A stretch of 64,000 bases of DNA from an uncultured virus (IMG/VR IMGVR_UViG_3300037991_004722) (taxonomy: Duplodnaviria > Heunggongvirae > Uroviricota > Caudoviricetes), in the IMG/VR virus record IMGVR_UViG_3300037991_004722, positions 1-64,000 of that record, one strand, 5' to 3'. Each line of letters starts with the position of its first letter. The stretch's first letter is position 1. The translations under genes and the position numbers were made by a program. The notes below the pieces were generated by a model. It searched no databases. It was not told the DNA's origin and was given only the letters and a program-made list of their open reading frames with translations. Shown here piece by piece: positions 21,201-30,552 of the stretch.

Positions 21201-21747
21201 AATGATTTCTGATGAGCAGGATAGGCGAAACAGGGCTATTTTAGCTGAGCCCATGGCTGAAAAAGCACCTGAAAAATTGTATGCAGTTCGGCCGACTGAT
21301 CCCGACAGTGAAGGCAGATTAGTCATTACGTCACTGTACGGTACTAGAGGCGACGGCGAGCACGAAGGCATAGACCTCAGGGCGAGAAAAATTGATGGTA
21401 ACACCAATGTGTATTCTGTAATGGATGGCACAATATCTGCTGTACAATCAGAGCCAGTCGGCGGGGCTGGCCGATATGTATACGTTTCTCATGAGGATGG
21501 TACTCAAACAAGATACTTCCATGGGGAAAACATTCCTGAAAATATTAAAGTCGGCAATCGTGTATTGGCTGGTGATTTAATTATGATTGCGGGTGAAAGT
21601 GGAAACTCGAAAGGTCCCCATCTTCACTTTGAAATTGGTCGTGTAGTTGATGGAAAATTTGAATCTGCAGACCCAATGGTTGAACTTCCAGAAGTTTTTA
21701 ATCAGTATGAGCTTGATGAAGACCTTATTTTGAAATCTACCTTTTAG
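18229..21747 (+). CDS. large internal virion protein with C-terminal M23 peptidase
   Basis: ITSLYGTR, HEGIDL (HxxxD), TRYFH, GNSKGPHLHFE (HxH). Confidence 0.85.
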   Translation: MSGKEIVAKLNQQIGPSAQAYYKKVQGDFDSALRRADQLDRQIARLTQYQLSYSGKGSRSQRDADKRLLGSYTRLQQKDGKDVKKWNDRSKAALLKLQKTTNDHVSEAQAAVGGDEAKGTFDKAITMPEKFIGELNEHLATSGLLPKTGKPKKVDFALIHAYAIARQRIDQSKDVTEENKKKIKDQIDAEVAKHFKNMRSDVGLTQEAINPNVLINDYAPILTDSKIAEVMADEEYLRRLIPSIPEKPAGEDYTIEINWLKRSLGMPVKGESRQAPAAAMQAPAATAPVEEKQKYIGPGLKIDGDNVTVDDSQPAEVQAAVMDSLKAKSIQVPISYSKYVQSPAVVAATLDPSKSSTDYQVEIDKLKARRDQILESAARGGRVSKEQLASLTHPVLAVAGFRDALDVDIPIEQQFPQLFGTAQEESAGLTDEEIMGPDEPDDGLMPDRMDISPSGLKAGEQFDPSSVEYKESTSVNHAGENVIGAVVNRFKNAANPNSDTDPTDILNDFGLLPEDVKRMFPVDLQEKMLDIAQGVNMKGGGPDEKRAALKNLLVEYQGQLDTIISEDQRSVSHYVTTIDQSNLLNPDTIEVIELINFLNHPGSLPEGHEVRPENVQRQVLGDAGSKFIDAGFGSFDPDADPVESPVSLSSIIEQAQESITGEEIKVSDEPDDDFMPDRMDTSPSGLTVATSSKRFDPTSFTASSPGELDLIRFVTGGAISGKPAFIPSETPLVTGDTIATGPMQPSVTEQLAARGEMPSGGRAYTLKELDDLKKAKEAVADALYRGDPDVSSLMNEYTINAEMLGLKDEKISLDDSPLKRQADQKKADEAAVAAAQEPAAPAVAAAPKAAPKAAPKAAPKPPTAPKAAPKAAPAKPSYRGLIDLTPSEMDLWKRTTAALKDYAVRTNLRGQNMSKVILQTRELASKLNLNPKTGDKAFEDIYYSTDLGRSDPEYASYLEETGVKTEEPKTQVAGGLVVPEEGGNPAAPAPEMISDEQDRRNRAILAEPMAEKAPEKLYAVRPTDPDSEGRLVITSLYGTRGDGEHEGIDLRARKIDGNTNVYSVMDGTISAVQSEPVGGAGRYVYVSHEDGTQTRYFHGENIPENIKVGNRVLAGDLIMIAGESGNSKGPHLHFEIGRVVDGKFESADPMVELPEVFNQYELDEDLILKSTF

Positions 21748-21761
21748 GAAGCAGCGGTTAA

Positions 21762-24700
21762 ATGGCAGAACAGGACGATAATACAGTAGAGCCTCCACTT
21801 GAGTTTGACTACGGCGGCTTGCCTGCTGGTGCTTATCAAGAGGGCGTTCCTCCCGGCTATGCACGCGAAGATGTATTCAGCCTTGATAAGCCTGTTGAGT
21901 ATGCTCAAGAAGACCGAGATATTGCTGCTAATGCTGCTTATAATTCAGTTTATGGGGTTGTTTCTGAAGAACATCCAGAAGCGGATCATTCTGAGCTTAG
22001 GCAAAGAACGCTCGCTGCGCTAGGTGGCCGAAAGTATGTTCCTGGTCAAACCTATGGAGAAGAACAATACGTTTTTGGTGATCCGCTTGACTCAAACTTA
22101 GTTTTTGCTCCATCAGTTGGTCAGATGGTTCCTAGAACGGGAGCACTTGGAACCATTCCGATTTACAAAATGCAAGAAGAGGCGTCAGCTAATGCCATGA
22201 AGGGCATGAGGTTTGATCAGCAGGTAAGGCACATGTTGTTTGCTGATCCAAGCCCAGAAACCATGATGACTTTGAAGCAGGCTGTAGACCAGCGTTTAGT
22301 TGATTCTGAGGGAAACATTGTTCGACCCCCTTCTGTTGAAGAGCGGGAGTACATGCCCGACAATGAAACATTGAGGCAAGCTGCTACTTATGTTGCGGGC
22401 GCAGGCGTTGGCTTGGGCGCGGTTGGTGGGTTGGCCGTCTTGGGTCCCGCAGGGGCCGTAGCTGGAGGCCTTCTTGGTGGCATGGTTGGCTCCGGCATTG
22501 GAACCATTGGCGTTATTGGTGCTGCTGGATTTTCATCGATGCCAGAAGATTACACGGGGTTTGATGGCCTTCAAGACCTTGTAAAGCGAACCTACACTTT
22601 GATTGGGTTTGGTGACGATTTAGCTGGATTTATGGCAACATCAGCACCCGAAGCAAGAGACCTAATGGTTACGAATGTAGTTGCTCTTGCGGAAGGCCTT
22701 GGTATTGCAAAATCTAATGAATGGCTTGAAGAAAACAAAATTACCAAGCTCGACGACATTTCAAAAAAAGGATCAGAATCCATAAAAGCCATCGAAAAAG
22801 AGATTGCAAAAGACTTTATTCCAGTTGGCCCTTCAATTAATCCAACGTTTCCATTAATGCCAGAGCTTGGTGAGGGAACTATAAGAAAAACTGTAGAAGA
22901 AATTGGTGACAATTTTATTTTAGGGTTGCACGAAATTATAGACGAAATTGGTCGCAGCGATGAATACAAATCTATGCGGTCCCAAGTTCGTAAAGAATTT
23001 ATGATGGAGAAAGAGATTGAGTACGATTTACTTTCTCGAAAAACAAAGCCGACCGATGAAGATTGGCTCGGGTTGAATCTCTTCAATCAAGTATCAGAAG
23101 GTATTGCAACGGAAGAAGACATTAAGCCACAAGTTTCTGGTTGGATCGACAACATGTCGTTCAATAGGCTGCATCCATCATTGCAGGGCGAAATGCCCAA
23201 TGTTCAAGTGTTTAAAACGCTTGCCATAACGATTCCTCCAAATCATTCGATGTTCAGCAAAGACATGCCGCCAAATGTTGCCGCTGCAATTCTGGCCGTG
23301 CATGATGGCCGATCTGACGATGAAATACAGAATCTTGTAAATACGTTGCCGCTTGGTTTTCTACGAAACTCGCCTGGGTTCGATGTTGTAATTGAGAAAA
23401 GCTTGCCAGACTTCGAAAAGGTAAAAGAGTGGGCTACTGACACCAACACCTTCTTGGATGAAAAAACCGGCGCTAGAATTACTCGCATTTTTGAGCGTGA
23501 GGCCTTTGATCTTACACAGGTTCCCGTCTACATGGAGGGCCATGGAACGCTGTACAAGCGGTCAAAAAACGCTGAAATTATGAACTGGGCGGCAAGTATT
23601 GTAACCGCGCTCAATGAAATTGAGATTGATCTTATTCCTGAGTTTCTTGAGCCTTTGGCGCGAAATCTCGGATATCCGAATGACCTGTACGTTCCCAACT
23701 CGGCTGGATTAGATCGGCAAATGCAGCTTGGCATCAGGGACTACAATTTGCCGTACTTGGTAAAACTTGATGCTCGAATAAAGAGTGGATTGGGTGGCCC
23801 TCATCTTGGAATGCAGGAAGTTGCACGAGCCCTTGGACACAACCCAGATTCGTTTGCGTACAACTTCTTGTCTGCGTACGGCTTCGCTCTTGAAAACTTT
23901 AATTGGGAAAGAAGCATTCTGGGTGGCGCTGCTCGCGCTGGTCGAACTCTTTGGAATGTTCCGTACGCATACACAGGGTTTAAGGCAGCAGCGCCGGGCT
24001 ACAAGCTCAGAGCAGCAAAACAAAATCTTCTTACCAATGTGTCGAAAGATTCATCTATTGATCCAGTCGCTGCCCAACATAGACTGTTCGAAGAAATTCT
24101 TCTTGCTCAGATGAACAAGGGTGCCAATCCACTTCAGGACTATGACAAGAAAACAGGCGTGGGTATCTCTACGGCTCAAAAGCAATTGCTGACCGACATG
24201 ATGGAGATTGCTGGAATTGAGCCTGAAGTGGTGTTTGCTGCTTTTCGAGAGGCTTCTGGCGATACAATCAAGTTGACGGCTGCTACAGAAGAGCTTGTTC
24301 GCAAGCTTGGCGACAACCAGGTGATGGTTTTTCGGTCGTCAGAGCAATACGGCAGGCTTCACTCTCAGCTTAATGAGATGGTCAATGAGGGCCTGATTTC
24401 ACCCAATGATGCTTCTGTGTTTTTGGCCCAGATCGAAACTCAAGCGTTCAAGGCGGCCAACTCTCCGAACACACGGTTTTATAGTGCGACGGAGGTTATC
24501 GACGGCCTTGAGCTTCGTATCGATCGGGGTATTGACGAGCAAGAAACCAGATTGTTTTTAAATGCGCCAGAGGGTGACAATCGGTTTACTGCCAGAGATG
24601 GCATCTTGCGGTCTTCGTTCGAATATGACGAGAACACCGGAAAGCGCGTCATCAGTTTGTTTACTCGTGGAGACATGGGTGACCTGTGGTCGGCCAATGC

Positions 24701-27700
24701 TGACTTTATGAATTCATTGATGGGTCAAAAGTTCAGCCAAAAGTTGATTGGTATGTTTGATCACGAAGTTGATGACAACGGTGTTCGTCGATTGACTGCT
24801 ACAGGTGCTGAACAAATTGGAGATAGTTGGCAGTATTACCGAAGGGTCAAAGATCTTCCAAACGGCTATGTTGCCCGACTGTTCGATGAGTTGTGGATTA
24901 CTCTTCACAACTTTTGGAGCAGGCTGCGCAAGCAGCGAGGCGTTCTACCGAAGCAAGTTCGTCAGTTTTGGGACGCCGAGTTTGGCGAACTTCCAAAGGA
25001 TCGTAGATTTGTCGAAGGCCTTGTTGATGCTGCTCGGCGCAAGAAAGGTAAAACCATTGTCGTCCCCGGTGATGAACTTGCAGAAGCTCAGCAGGCTAGG
25101 CCCAGAAAAGTAGGAATGGAGCGCGTTGCTCGTCAAGTAGCCATGGATCCCGATACATTGAGGTCTTTCCTTGGTCAGAAGACGCTCACAAGAGTAGAAG
25201 TTCGAACTGATCCTGAAACTGGTGTGCAGACCCGCATTCCTCGTCGAGTGTATGCTGATTTTAATTATGATCCGCTGGATGTTGGCCGAAAGCTGTTGGC
25301 TTTAATTAAAGTTCAGCCATACAGAAAAATGATTGCCGAAAGAAGCACTGCGACAATTGGTACTGGCAAGTACGCTGTTCCTGTTCACCGTGTAGGCGCT
25401 GTTCTGGAGGCGGCCAAGCGACGACTGACCGATGCTTTGGGGAGCCTTCCTGACAACCTTAAAAGCAGGATGTATCAACGCAATTATCAAAAATCGGACA
25501 AAGGCTTCACTGAACTTAATAACTTGCAGGACGTAACTGAAGCTGACATCAATGCTTTTTCTGAGCGCATTCGGATGGAGGCCGGTCTTCCGCTTCATTC
25601 GAAATTTCAAGATGTGCTTGAAGAAATTATAAACACTACTGAGTTTATTGTTCTCAATGCTCGTGAGCGTGCTGGCTTTAAAACGCTTGTCCAAGAGTTG
25701 GCTGCAAATCCAGCCGGTGACCCCATTCCATCGTCCCTGCTTGATCCAAACGCAAATTTAAAAATAATCAGCATTGCTGAGTACAACAGGGTTTTACAGG
25801 TCGCACAAGACATAGAGGCCAACCCATTAAATCGGATCGATCGAAACTCTGTTCATCCTGGCTATTATCAAACAGTTATAAGATCGCTCAAAAAGCGCAG
25901 CGTTACAGCTTTGTTTGGGCTTTTAGTTGAAAAAGTCGCGCCATTGTTTGAGGCACAAGCGGCAAGAATCAATAAGAAAAACGCTGACCCGGCCCTTGTA
26001 GCTGTCTGGGAGCAGGGAATGCGCAGGCTTGCAGCATCACCCGATGAAATTGCCAAGGCTGCTGAAAGCGGAAAAGACAAAGACTTCTTTGATTTCTACC
26101 AAAGAATGGTTCACAGCTTTACCCCGAGAGTGGCCCTTAACAACCTCAAGTCTCTATTTGATATTGTAGATGAGCTTGAGGGCAACAAGAAACGTCTCGA
26201 TGCGGATGCACTCGCTGCGATTCGTGAAGCGGAAAAAGAAGGCACTCCGCCTCCGCTTCAATTTGGATCACTTGATGAGTTTGATATTGGCGTACTATAC
26301 AAAAAATTAAACTTCATTCAAGAAGTGTTGGATGGATTTTACGGAATGACTCGCCAAGAGCGAGTTGCAATTACCAATCTTCGTGAATTGTCTGAGCGTC
26401 GGTCTGGTCTGACGGAGGCTATGTCTAATGCAGATGCTGCGATTGCCGCCGATGCGCTGCAGATTTTGCATACAGGTCTGGCCGAAAAGAAACATTACGT
26501 AACACGAACTGCTCGTGAAATAATGCGTCGAGCAACAGGATATACAGACCCAGAACTTCCTGCAGGATTCGACAACAGCACAGTAATAGATATTTATGTT
26601 GCTCTGTATACAGGAAATATAGTAAGATTAAAAGCAATAGCGACCCGAATGGGATTCGAGGGCACTTGGCAGGCTAATCTTGTAAATTTGTTTGGTACAA
26701 GAGGAGAAAAGCTTCTGCGCGAGTTTGGCGACACTGAGGCCATGCTTACGAATGTATTGATCTACATGAAAGTCGATGAGGTCATGTTCGGCATCGCAAA
26801 AGATTTAGCTGATCTTGGATACAACACATCCGTGAGAGAACTGATTGGTCGGCAAGTAGAAAGTGGTGTTCCTAGTCTTGATCGGCAAAAGTTCCTTGAT
26901 CGAGTGGCCGAGTACATTAACGATGAGATGCAATTCCAAGTAGGAAACGTTGTCGGGGCCGGTAGGCTCAAAAAAGGTGAAAAGATTTCGCCTGCCGAAA
27001 AATTTGGCCCACTGGACAACCCTCATCGCACTGATTTGGATTCCGGTATTATTTCGAAAATGGACCGCGATGCCAAGGCCGAAGCTGCAAGAATCGTTGA
27101 TCGCCTGGGACTTCGCAGAGAGATGGGCCAGTTTGCTCGTGTTCTTGTTGGTGATGATACGTTTTTGTTGCCAGAGGCCATGATTGAGGGCCTGAATGAT
27201 GCAATCAATGCAACGTATAATATGCCTTCCGGGTTTCAGACTTTATTTAGAGACTTTGGCCGAACCGGCACCGTCGAGTATCGTCTTAACTCAGAAAATA
27301 TTTTGCCGGTAAAGGTTCAAAAATTAAGAGAAATTCTGACAATGTCCAAGAAAGCTGTTGAGCTTATTGCTCATCCAAGAGTTTTTTATAGGCGTTTGTT
27401 GATTGGTGTCGGCGGAATCCCAATGGTTCCCTATATGGCTAGTCTGTTTGTAGGAGGATTAAGCGAAATCCATCTTCCACAAGGCGCAAAAGCCGTAGTT
27501 GACAATGTTGTTGGAGCAGTTCAAACGCCTGCAATGCTGGCAGCAAATAAGCTAAGCGGTCAGCGTGTTGATTTTGTAGCCGGTGTTCTTGCTCGATTGT
27601 ATGGTAACGGATCATACAGGCCACTCACTCGTCCACACGTAACTCCTGATGGTCGAATTTTTACAGCAGACATGGTTGCTAACAATGTTGATGCGTACGG

Positions 27701-29201
27701 ATTTAAAACCGCATTTGCAGAAATGACTGCAGACCCAAACGTCCACAGGCGTATTTTGGATGAGTTTACGAAAGCAAATCCAAAAGAAACTGCAGCGCAA
27801 ATCGGTGGAACCATTGGTGGTCTTCTTGGTGCAGTTTTAGGTCCAACAATGGCAGCCAAGGGTGCGGCAGCAGGCGCTGCAGGGGGAATAACTCTTGGGT
27901 GGTTGCTGACTGAAAACAACGCATTTGACAAAGCGCACAGGTTTTATCGCGAAGTTGCAATCACCATTGATACATACCAGCGACTCAAAGTGTTCATGAA
28001 GGAGTTGGATTCCGGCCTTGATATTCCAGCAGCCTCGAAACGAACGCTTGAAACCAAACTTGACTATGGAAATATGACTAAAACTGAGATGAGCTATTTT
28101 CGAATGGCCTTCGCGTTTTGGACATATTTCGCTCAAGCAAATGGTTTGTTTGCGCGAAGCATTATTGAAAATCCAGATCGAGTAATCGCACAACTTAAGC
28201 TTGCTCGCTCAAGCCAAATAGCTGTGACCAAGGGCCAAGATCCAGACCGTGCGCTTGCGCCGTGGGATCGTTCCAGAATTTTCATTCCGTTTGAAATTGG
28301 TGGACATGCTGTTCGTCTTCCGTACACAAGTGTGGCGGACACCGTTCAACTGTTTATCGACTTCTTTGGTTTTTTTGGAATTGGATTTGGCCCAGAAGAA
28401 ACGACAACTGCACGAATGGCGGTCGTCAACCGGTTAAATCCACACCTTATCGAGGCGTTTAAGCAGACGTACAAAATGGATCCAGGCAGAGGATACGACC
28501 TCGAACGCGCCACCATGCAGGTTCCAGCATCATTAATTCAGTTGGATTACGACATTACTGGTGGGGTTTTGTGGGAAATGCTGGACATTAAATATGTCGA
28601 ATACGACGATTTGAAAAAGGGTTGGGGTTTTGATGAAAACACGGGTGTTCGATTCAACCCGAACAACTTGGAAATGCCTGGCCGTGGTATTTATGTAGCT
28701 CAAAACGCAGCGGCGTACAGCCTACTCATGGGCCTTGCTCAAACGCCGGTTACGGGTCGAATGGGCCGACTCTTTGAGGCTTTTGATCGATCGAATCTTG
28801 GACCTGTAGAGGCAGGAATGAAAGCTGCTGATGTGTACTACCAGGCAGATAAAGAGAAGCCTTTGTTGGCCCGCGTACCGTTCATGACTGAACTCGGCCT
28901 TGTAAAAGGAAGGCGCACCTCTGGGCTTAAGCGACCATCCGATTATGGTATTGGTGGATTAGACACTTCTACTGGTCGCAGATCTATGAGAGAGTATGCT
29001 CGACATATTGAGCCAGACGGAACTTCTTATATTTTGCCATACGATGATTTTTACCCACTGCCTTTATTGAAGATTTTTGGGGCCTCTGCTGTTTTTATTC
29101 AGCCAGAAGAGCGCAGTACAAACAGAAGCCTTAGAAAACAAACTACTGAGATTGAGAAAAATATAGAGCCTGCTATCCGTAAAGCTAAACTTCAAGAGTA
29201 A
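21762..29201 (+). CDS. giant (2479 aa) putative ejection protein
   Basis: uninterrupted ORF, two glycine-zipper hydrophobic segments, last gene of the ejection cluster. Confidence 0.6.
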   Translation: MAEQDDNTVEPPLEFDYGGLPAGAYQEGVPPGYAREDVFSLDKPVEYAQEDRDIAANAAYNSVYGVVSEEHPEADHSELRQRTLAALGGRKYVPGQTYGEEQYVFGDPLDSNLVFAPSVGQMVPRTGALGTIPIYKMQEEASANAMKGMRFDQQVRHMLFADPSPETMMTLKQAVDQRLVDSEGNIVRPPSVEEREYMPDNETLRQAATYVAGAGVGLGAVGGLAVLGPAGAVAGGLLGGMVGSGIGTIGVIGAAGFSSMPEDYTGFDGLQDLVKRTYTLIGFGDDLAGFMATSAPEARDLMVTNVVALAEGLGIAKSNEWLEENKITKLDDISKKGSESIKAIEKEIAKDFIPVGPSINPTFPLMPELGEGTIRKTVEEIGDNFILGLHEIIDEIGRSDEYKSMRSQVRKEFMMEKEIEYDLLSRKTKPTDEDWLGLNLFNQVSEGIATEEDIKPQVSGWIDNMSFNRLHPSLQGEMPNVQVFKTLAITIPPNHSMFSKDMPPNVAAAILAVHDGRSDDEIQNLVNTLPLGFLRNSPGFDVVIEKSLPDFEKVKEWATDTNTFLDEKTGARITRIFEREAFDLTQVPVYMEGHGTLYKRSKNAEIMNWAASIVTALNEIEIDLIPEFLEPLARNLGYPNDLYVPNSAGLDRQMQLGIRDYNLPYLVKLDARIKSGLGGPHLGMQEVARALGHNPDSFAYNFLSAYGFALENFNWERSILGGAARAGRTLWNVPYAYTGFKAAAPGYKLRAAKQNLLTNVSKDSSIDPVAAQHRLFEEILLAQMNKGANPLQDYDKKTGVGISTAQKQLLTDMMEIAGIEPEVVFAAFREASGDTIKLTAATEELVRKLGDNQVMVFRSSEQYGRLHSQLNEMVNEGLISPNDASVFLAQIETQAFKAANSPNTRFYSATEVIDGLELRIDRGIDEQETRLFLNAPEGDNRFTARDGILRSSFEYDENTGKRVISLFTRGDMGDLWSANADFMNSLMGQKFSQKLIGMFDHEVDDNGVRRLTATGAEQIGDSWQYYRRVKDLPNGYVARLFDELWITLHNFWSRLRKQRGVLPKQVRQFWDAEFGELPKDRRFVEGLVDAARRKKGKTIVVPGDELAEAQQARPRKVGMERVARQVAMDPDTLRSFLGQKTLTRVEVRTDPETGVQTRIPRRVYADFNYDPLDVGRKLLALIKVQPYRKMIAERSTATIGTGKYAVPVHRVGAVLEAAKRRLTDALGSLPDNLKSRMYQRNYQKSDKGFTELNNLQDVTEADINAFSERIRMEAGLPLHSKFQDVLEEIINTTEFIVLNARERAGFKTLVQELAANPAGDPIPSSLLDPNANLKIISIAEYNRVLQVAQDIEANPLNRIDRNSVHPGYYQTVIRSLKKRSVTALFGLLVEKVAPLFEAQAARINKKNADPALVAVWEQGMRRLAASPDEIAKAAESGKDKDFFDFYQRMVHSFTPRVALNNLKSLFDIVDELEGNKKRLDADALAAIREAEKEGTPPPLQFGSLDEFDIGVLYKKLNFIQEVLDGFYGMTRQERVAITNLRELSERRSGLTEAMSNADAAIAADALQILHTGLAEKKHYVTRTAREIMRRATGYTDPELPAGFDNSTVIDIYVALYTGNIVRLKAIATRMGFEGTWQANLVNLFGTRGEKLLREFGDTEAMLTNVLIYMKVDEVMFGIAKDLADLGYNTSVRELIGRQVESGVPSLDRQKFLDRVAEYINDEMQFQVGNVVGAGRLKKGEKISPAEKFGPLDNPHRTDLDSGIISKMDRDAKAEAARIVDRLGLRREMGQFARVLVGDDTFLLPEAMIEGLNDAINATYNMPSGFQTLFRDFGRTGTVEYRLNSENILPVKVQKLREILTMSKKAVELIAHPRVFYRRLLIGVGGIPMVPYMASLFVGGLSEIHLPQGAKAVVDNVVGAVQTPAMLAANKLSGQRVDFVAGVLARLYGNGSYRPLTRPHVTPDGRIFTADMVANNVDAYGFKTAFAEMTADPNVHRRILDEFTKANPKETAAQIGGTIGGLLGAVLGPTMAAKGAAAGAAGGITLGWLLTENNAFDKAHRFYREVAITIDTYQRLKVFMKELDSGLDIPAASKRTLETKLDYGNMTKTEMSYFRMAFAFWTYFAQANGLFARSIIENPDRVIAQLKLARSSQIAVTKGQDPDRALAPWDRSRIFIPFEIGGHAVRLPYTSVADTVQLFIDFFGFFGIGFGPEETTTARMAVVNRLNPHLIEAFKQTYKMDPGRGYDLERATMQVPASLIQLDYDITGGVLWEMLDIKYVEYDDLKKGWGFDENTGVRFNPNNLEMPGRGIYVAQNAAAYSLLMGLAQTPVTGRMGRLFEAFDRSNLGPVEAGMKAADVYYQADKEKPLLARVPFMTELGLVKGRRTSGLKRPSDYGIGGLDTSTGRRSMREYARHIEPDGTSYILPYDDFYPLPLLKIFGASAVFIQPEERSTNRSLRKQTTEIEKNIEPAIRKAKLQE

Positions 29202-29268
29202 ATGACATAAGGAAATCATGTTATTCTTTATTTCGAATCCCACTTCCCCTTCCCCAATGGAGTATTAA

Positions 29269-30054
29269 ATGTCCCAAATTCCCGAACTTACTGGTGGTCG
29301 TCGTCTTGTCCACGATGCAATTTCCGAAAAGCAGTGGGTTTCTCGCGGTGCCGAGACCTACGTTGAGCTTTTCAGTGACTTTATCCAAGATGTTGGAGAA
29401 ACCCCTGTTCTTCCTTGGGTAGTTACAGAGGCTGGGTCTACGTCTGCAACCGGAGACTTTATCGATGCTGCTGATGGCGTGCTTCGTCTTCTTCACAGCA
29501 CCGACAATGCGGCGGAGGCGATGCTTTTGAGCCTCGGTGGAACAAACGCTATCTCTCCAACTAAAGAAGTTATTCTTGAGGCGCGCGTCAAGTGGACACT
29601 GAGCACCGACGCAGCGTTCAGTGAGGATAGCGACTACGAGTGCATCGTTGGTCTTGCCAGCGCGGGCTCAGCGGTTAGCGCAAGTGCCGCAGCGTTTGAC
29701 GGATTTGACGACACCGTTGCTTTTCGGGTTGGCAGCGTCGGCGGTGCTACCGGGCTGAACATCTACATTGAAAGTGATGATGGCACCAATGACAACGCAC
29801 CTCACGATACCGGAATCGACTGGGTAAGCGGAACATACGTCACCTTGAAAATTGACATGACTGATACGAGCAACGTCAAGTTTTTTGTTGATGGAGTAAA
29901 GGCCAACAACGGGAAGCAGATTAATATCTCGAATATGGCTGCAACAGACCTCTTGGAGCCATACCTGCTCTTCGCTCGAACGAGCAACGGCGGCACTGAG
30001 CGCGCCCACAGCATGGACATTGACTACGTCAAGTGTACATGGAAGCGAAGCTAA
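29269..30054 (+). CDS. virion protein, lectin-like beta sandwich
   Basis: GGAG SD; FFVDG and MDIDYVK motifs. Confidence 0.5.
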   Translation: MSQIPELTGGRRLVHDAISEKQWVSRGAETYVELFSDFIQDVGETPVLPWVVTEAGSTSATGDFIDAADGVLRLLHSTDNAAEAMLLSLGGTNAISPTKEVILEARVKWTLSTDAAFSEDSDYECIVGLASAGSAVSASAAAFDGFDDTVAFRVGSVGGATGLNIYIESDDGTNDNAPHDTGIDWVSGTYVTLKIDMTDTSNVKFFVDGVKANNGKQINISNMAATDLLEPYLLFARTSNGGTERAHSMDIDYVKCTWKRS

Positions 30055-30114
30055 TCCTGAACCCCTGACTCGGGGGGCAAGAGTCCCCCGGATCACTTCC
30101 CTTTGGAGGCTTCG

Positions 30115-30543
30115 ATGGCTTCAGGTTTTATTACAAATACAGCGCAAACGTCTCTTAGTTCTACAAGTGCTTTTACTTCAACGCTACTTGCCGAACAGAC
30201 AACAGGCACCCCCAGTGACGCCCGTTCTCGAGCGTTGCCGGGTTCAGCATCGTTGTCTCAACTCGATTTGGTCTTTACCTCTTGGGCTGATGCTGCACTG
30301 ACCTTCGATGTGTATTTGACGTGGGACTCTGCAGGTGATGATCCGCTGACTTCAAAGGCAGAATCTATTTCGGTTACTGCTGGTGGAACGTCAAATACGG
30401 TTCATACCGTAATCTCACTGGACAAGTTGTTCATTACTGCTCCATCTGGTCAAACAACTTCAGGTAAATGTTATCTATGGATTAAGCCTGGTGAAGCTTG
30501 TGTGTTGGACAAGGCTCGACTTCACTGGCACGACAAGACATAA
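30115..30543 (+). CDS. small structural protein
   Basis: GGAGG SD before ATG at 30115; Ser/Thr-rich. Confidence 0.55.
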   Translation: MASGFITNTAQTSLSSTSAFTSTLLAEQTTGTPSDARSRALPGSASLSQLDLVFTSWADAALTFDVYLTWDSAGDDPLTSKAESISVTAGGTSNTVHTVISLDKLFITAPSGQTTSGKCYLWIKPGEACVLDKARLHWHDKT

Positions 30544-30552
30544 GGGGGCCTC

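Noticed and set aside
21762..29201. Virion RNA polymerase
   Set aside because: No DxDGD or T7-type polymerase motif recognised
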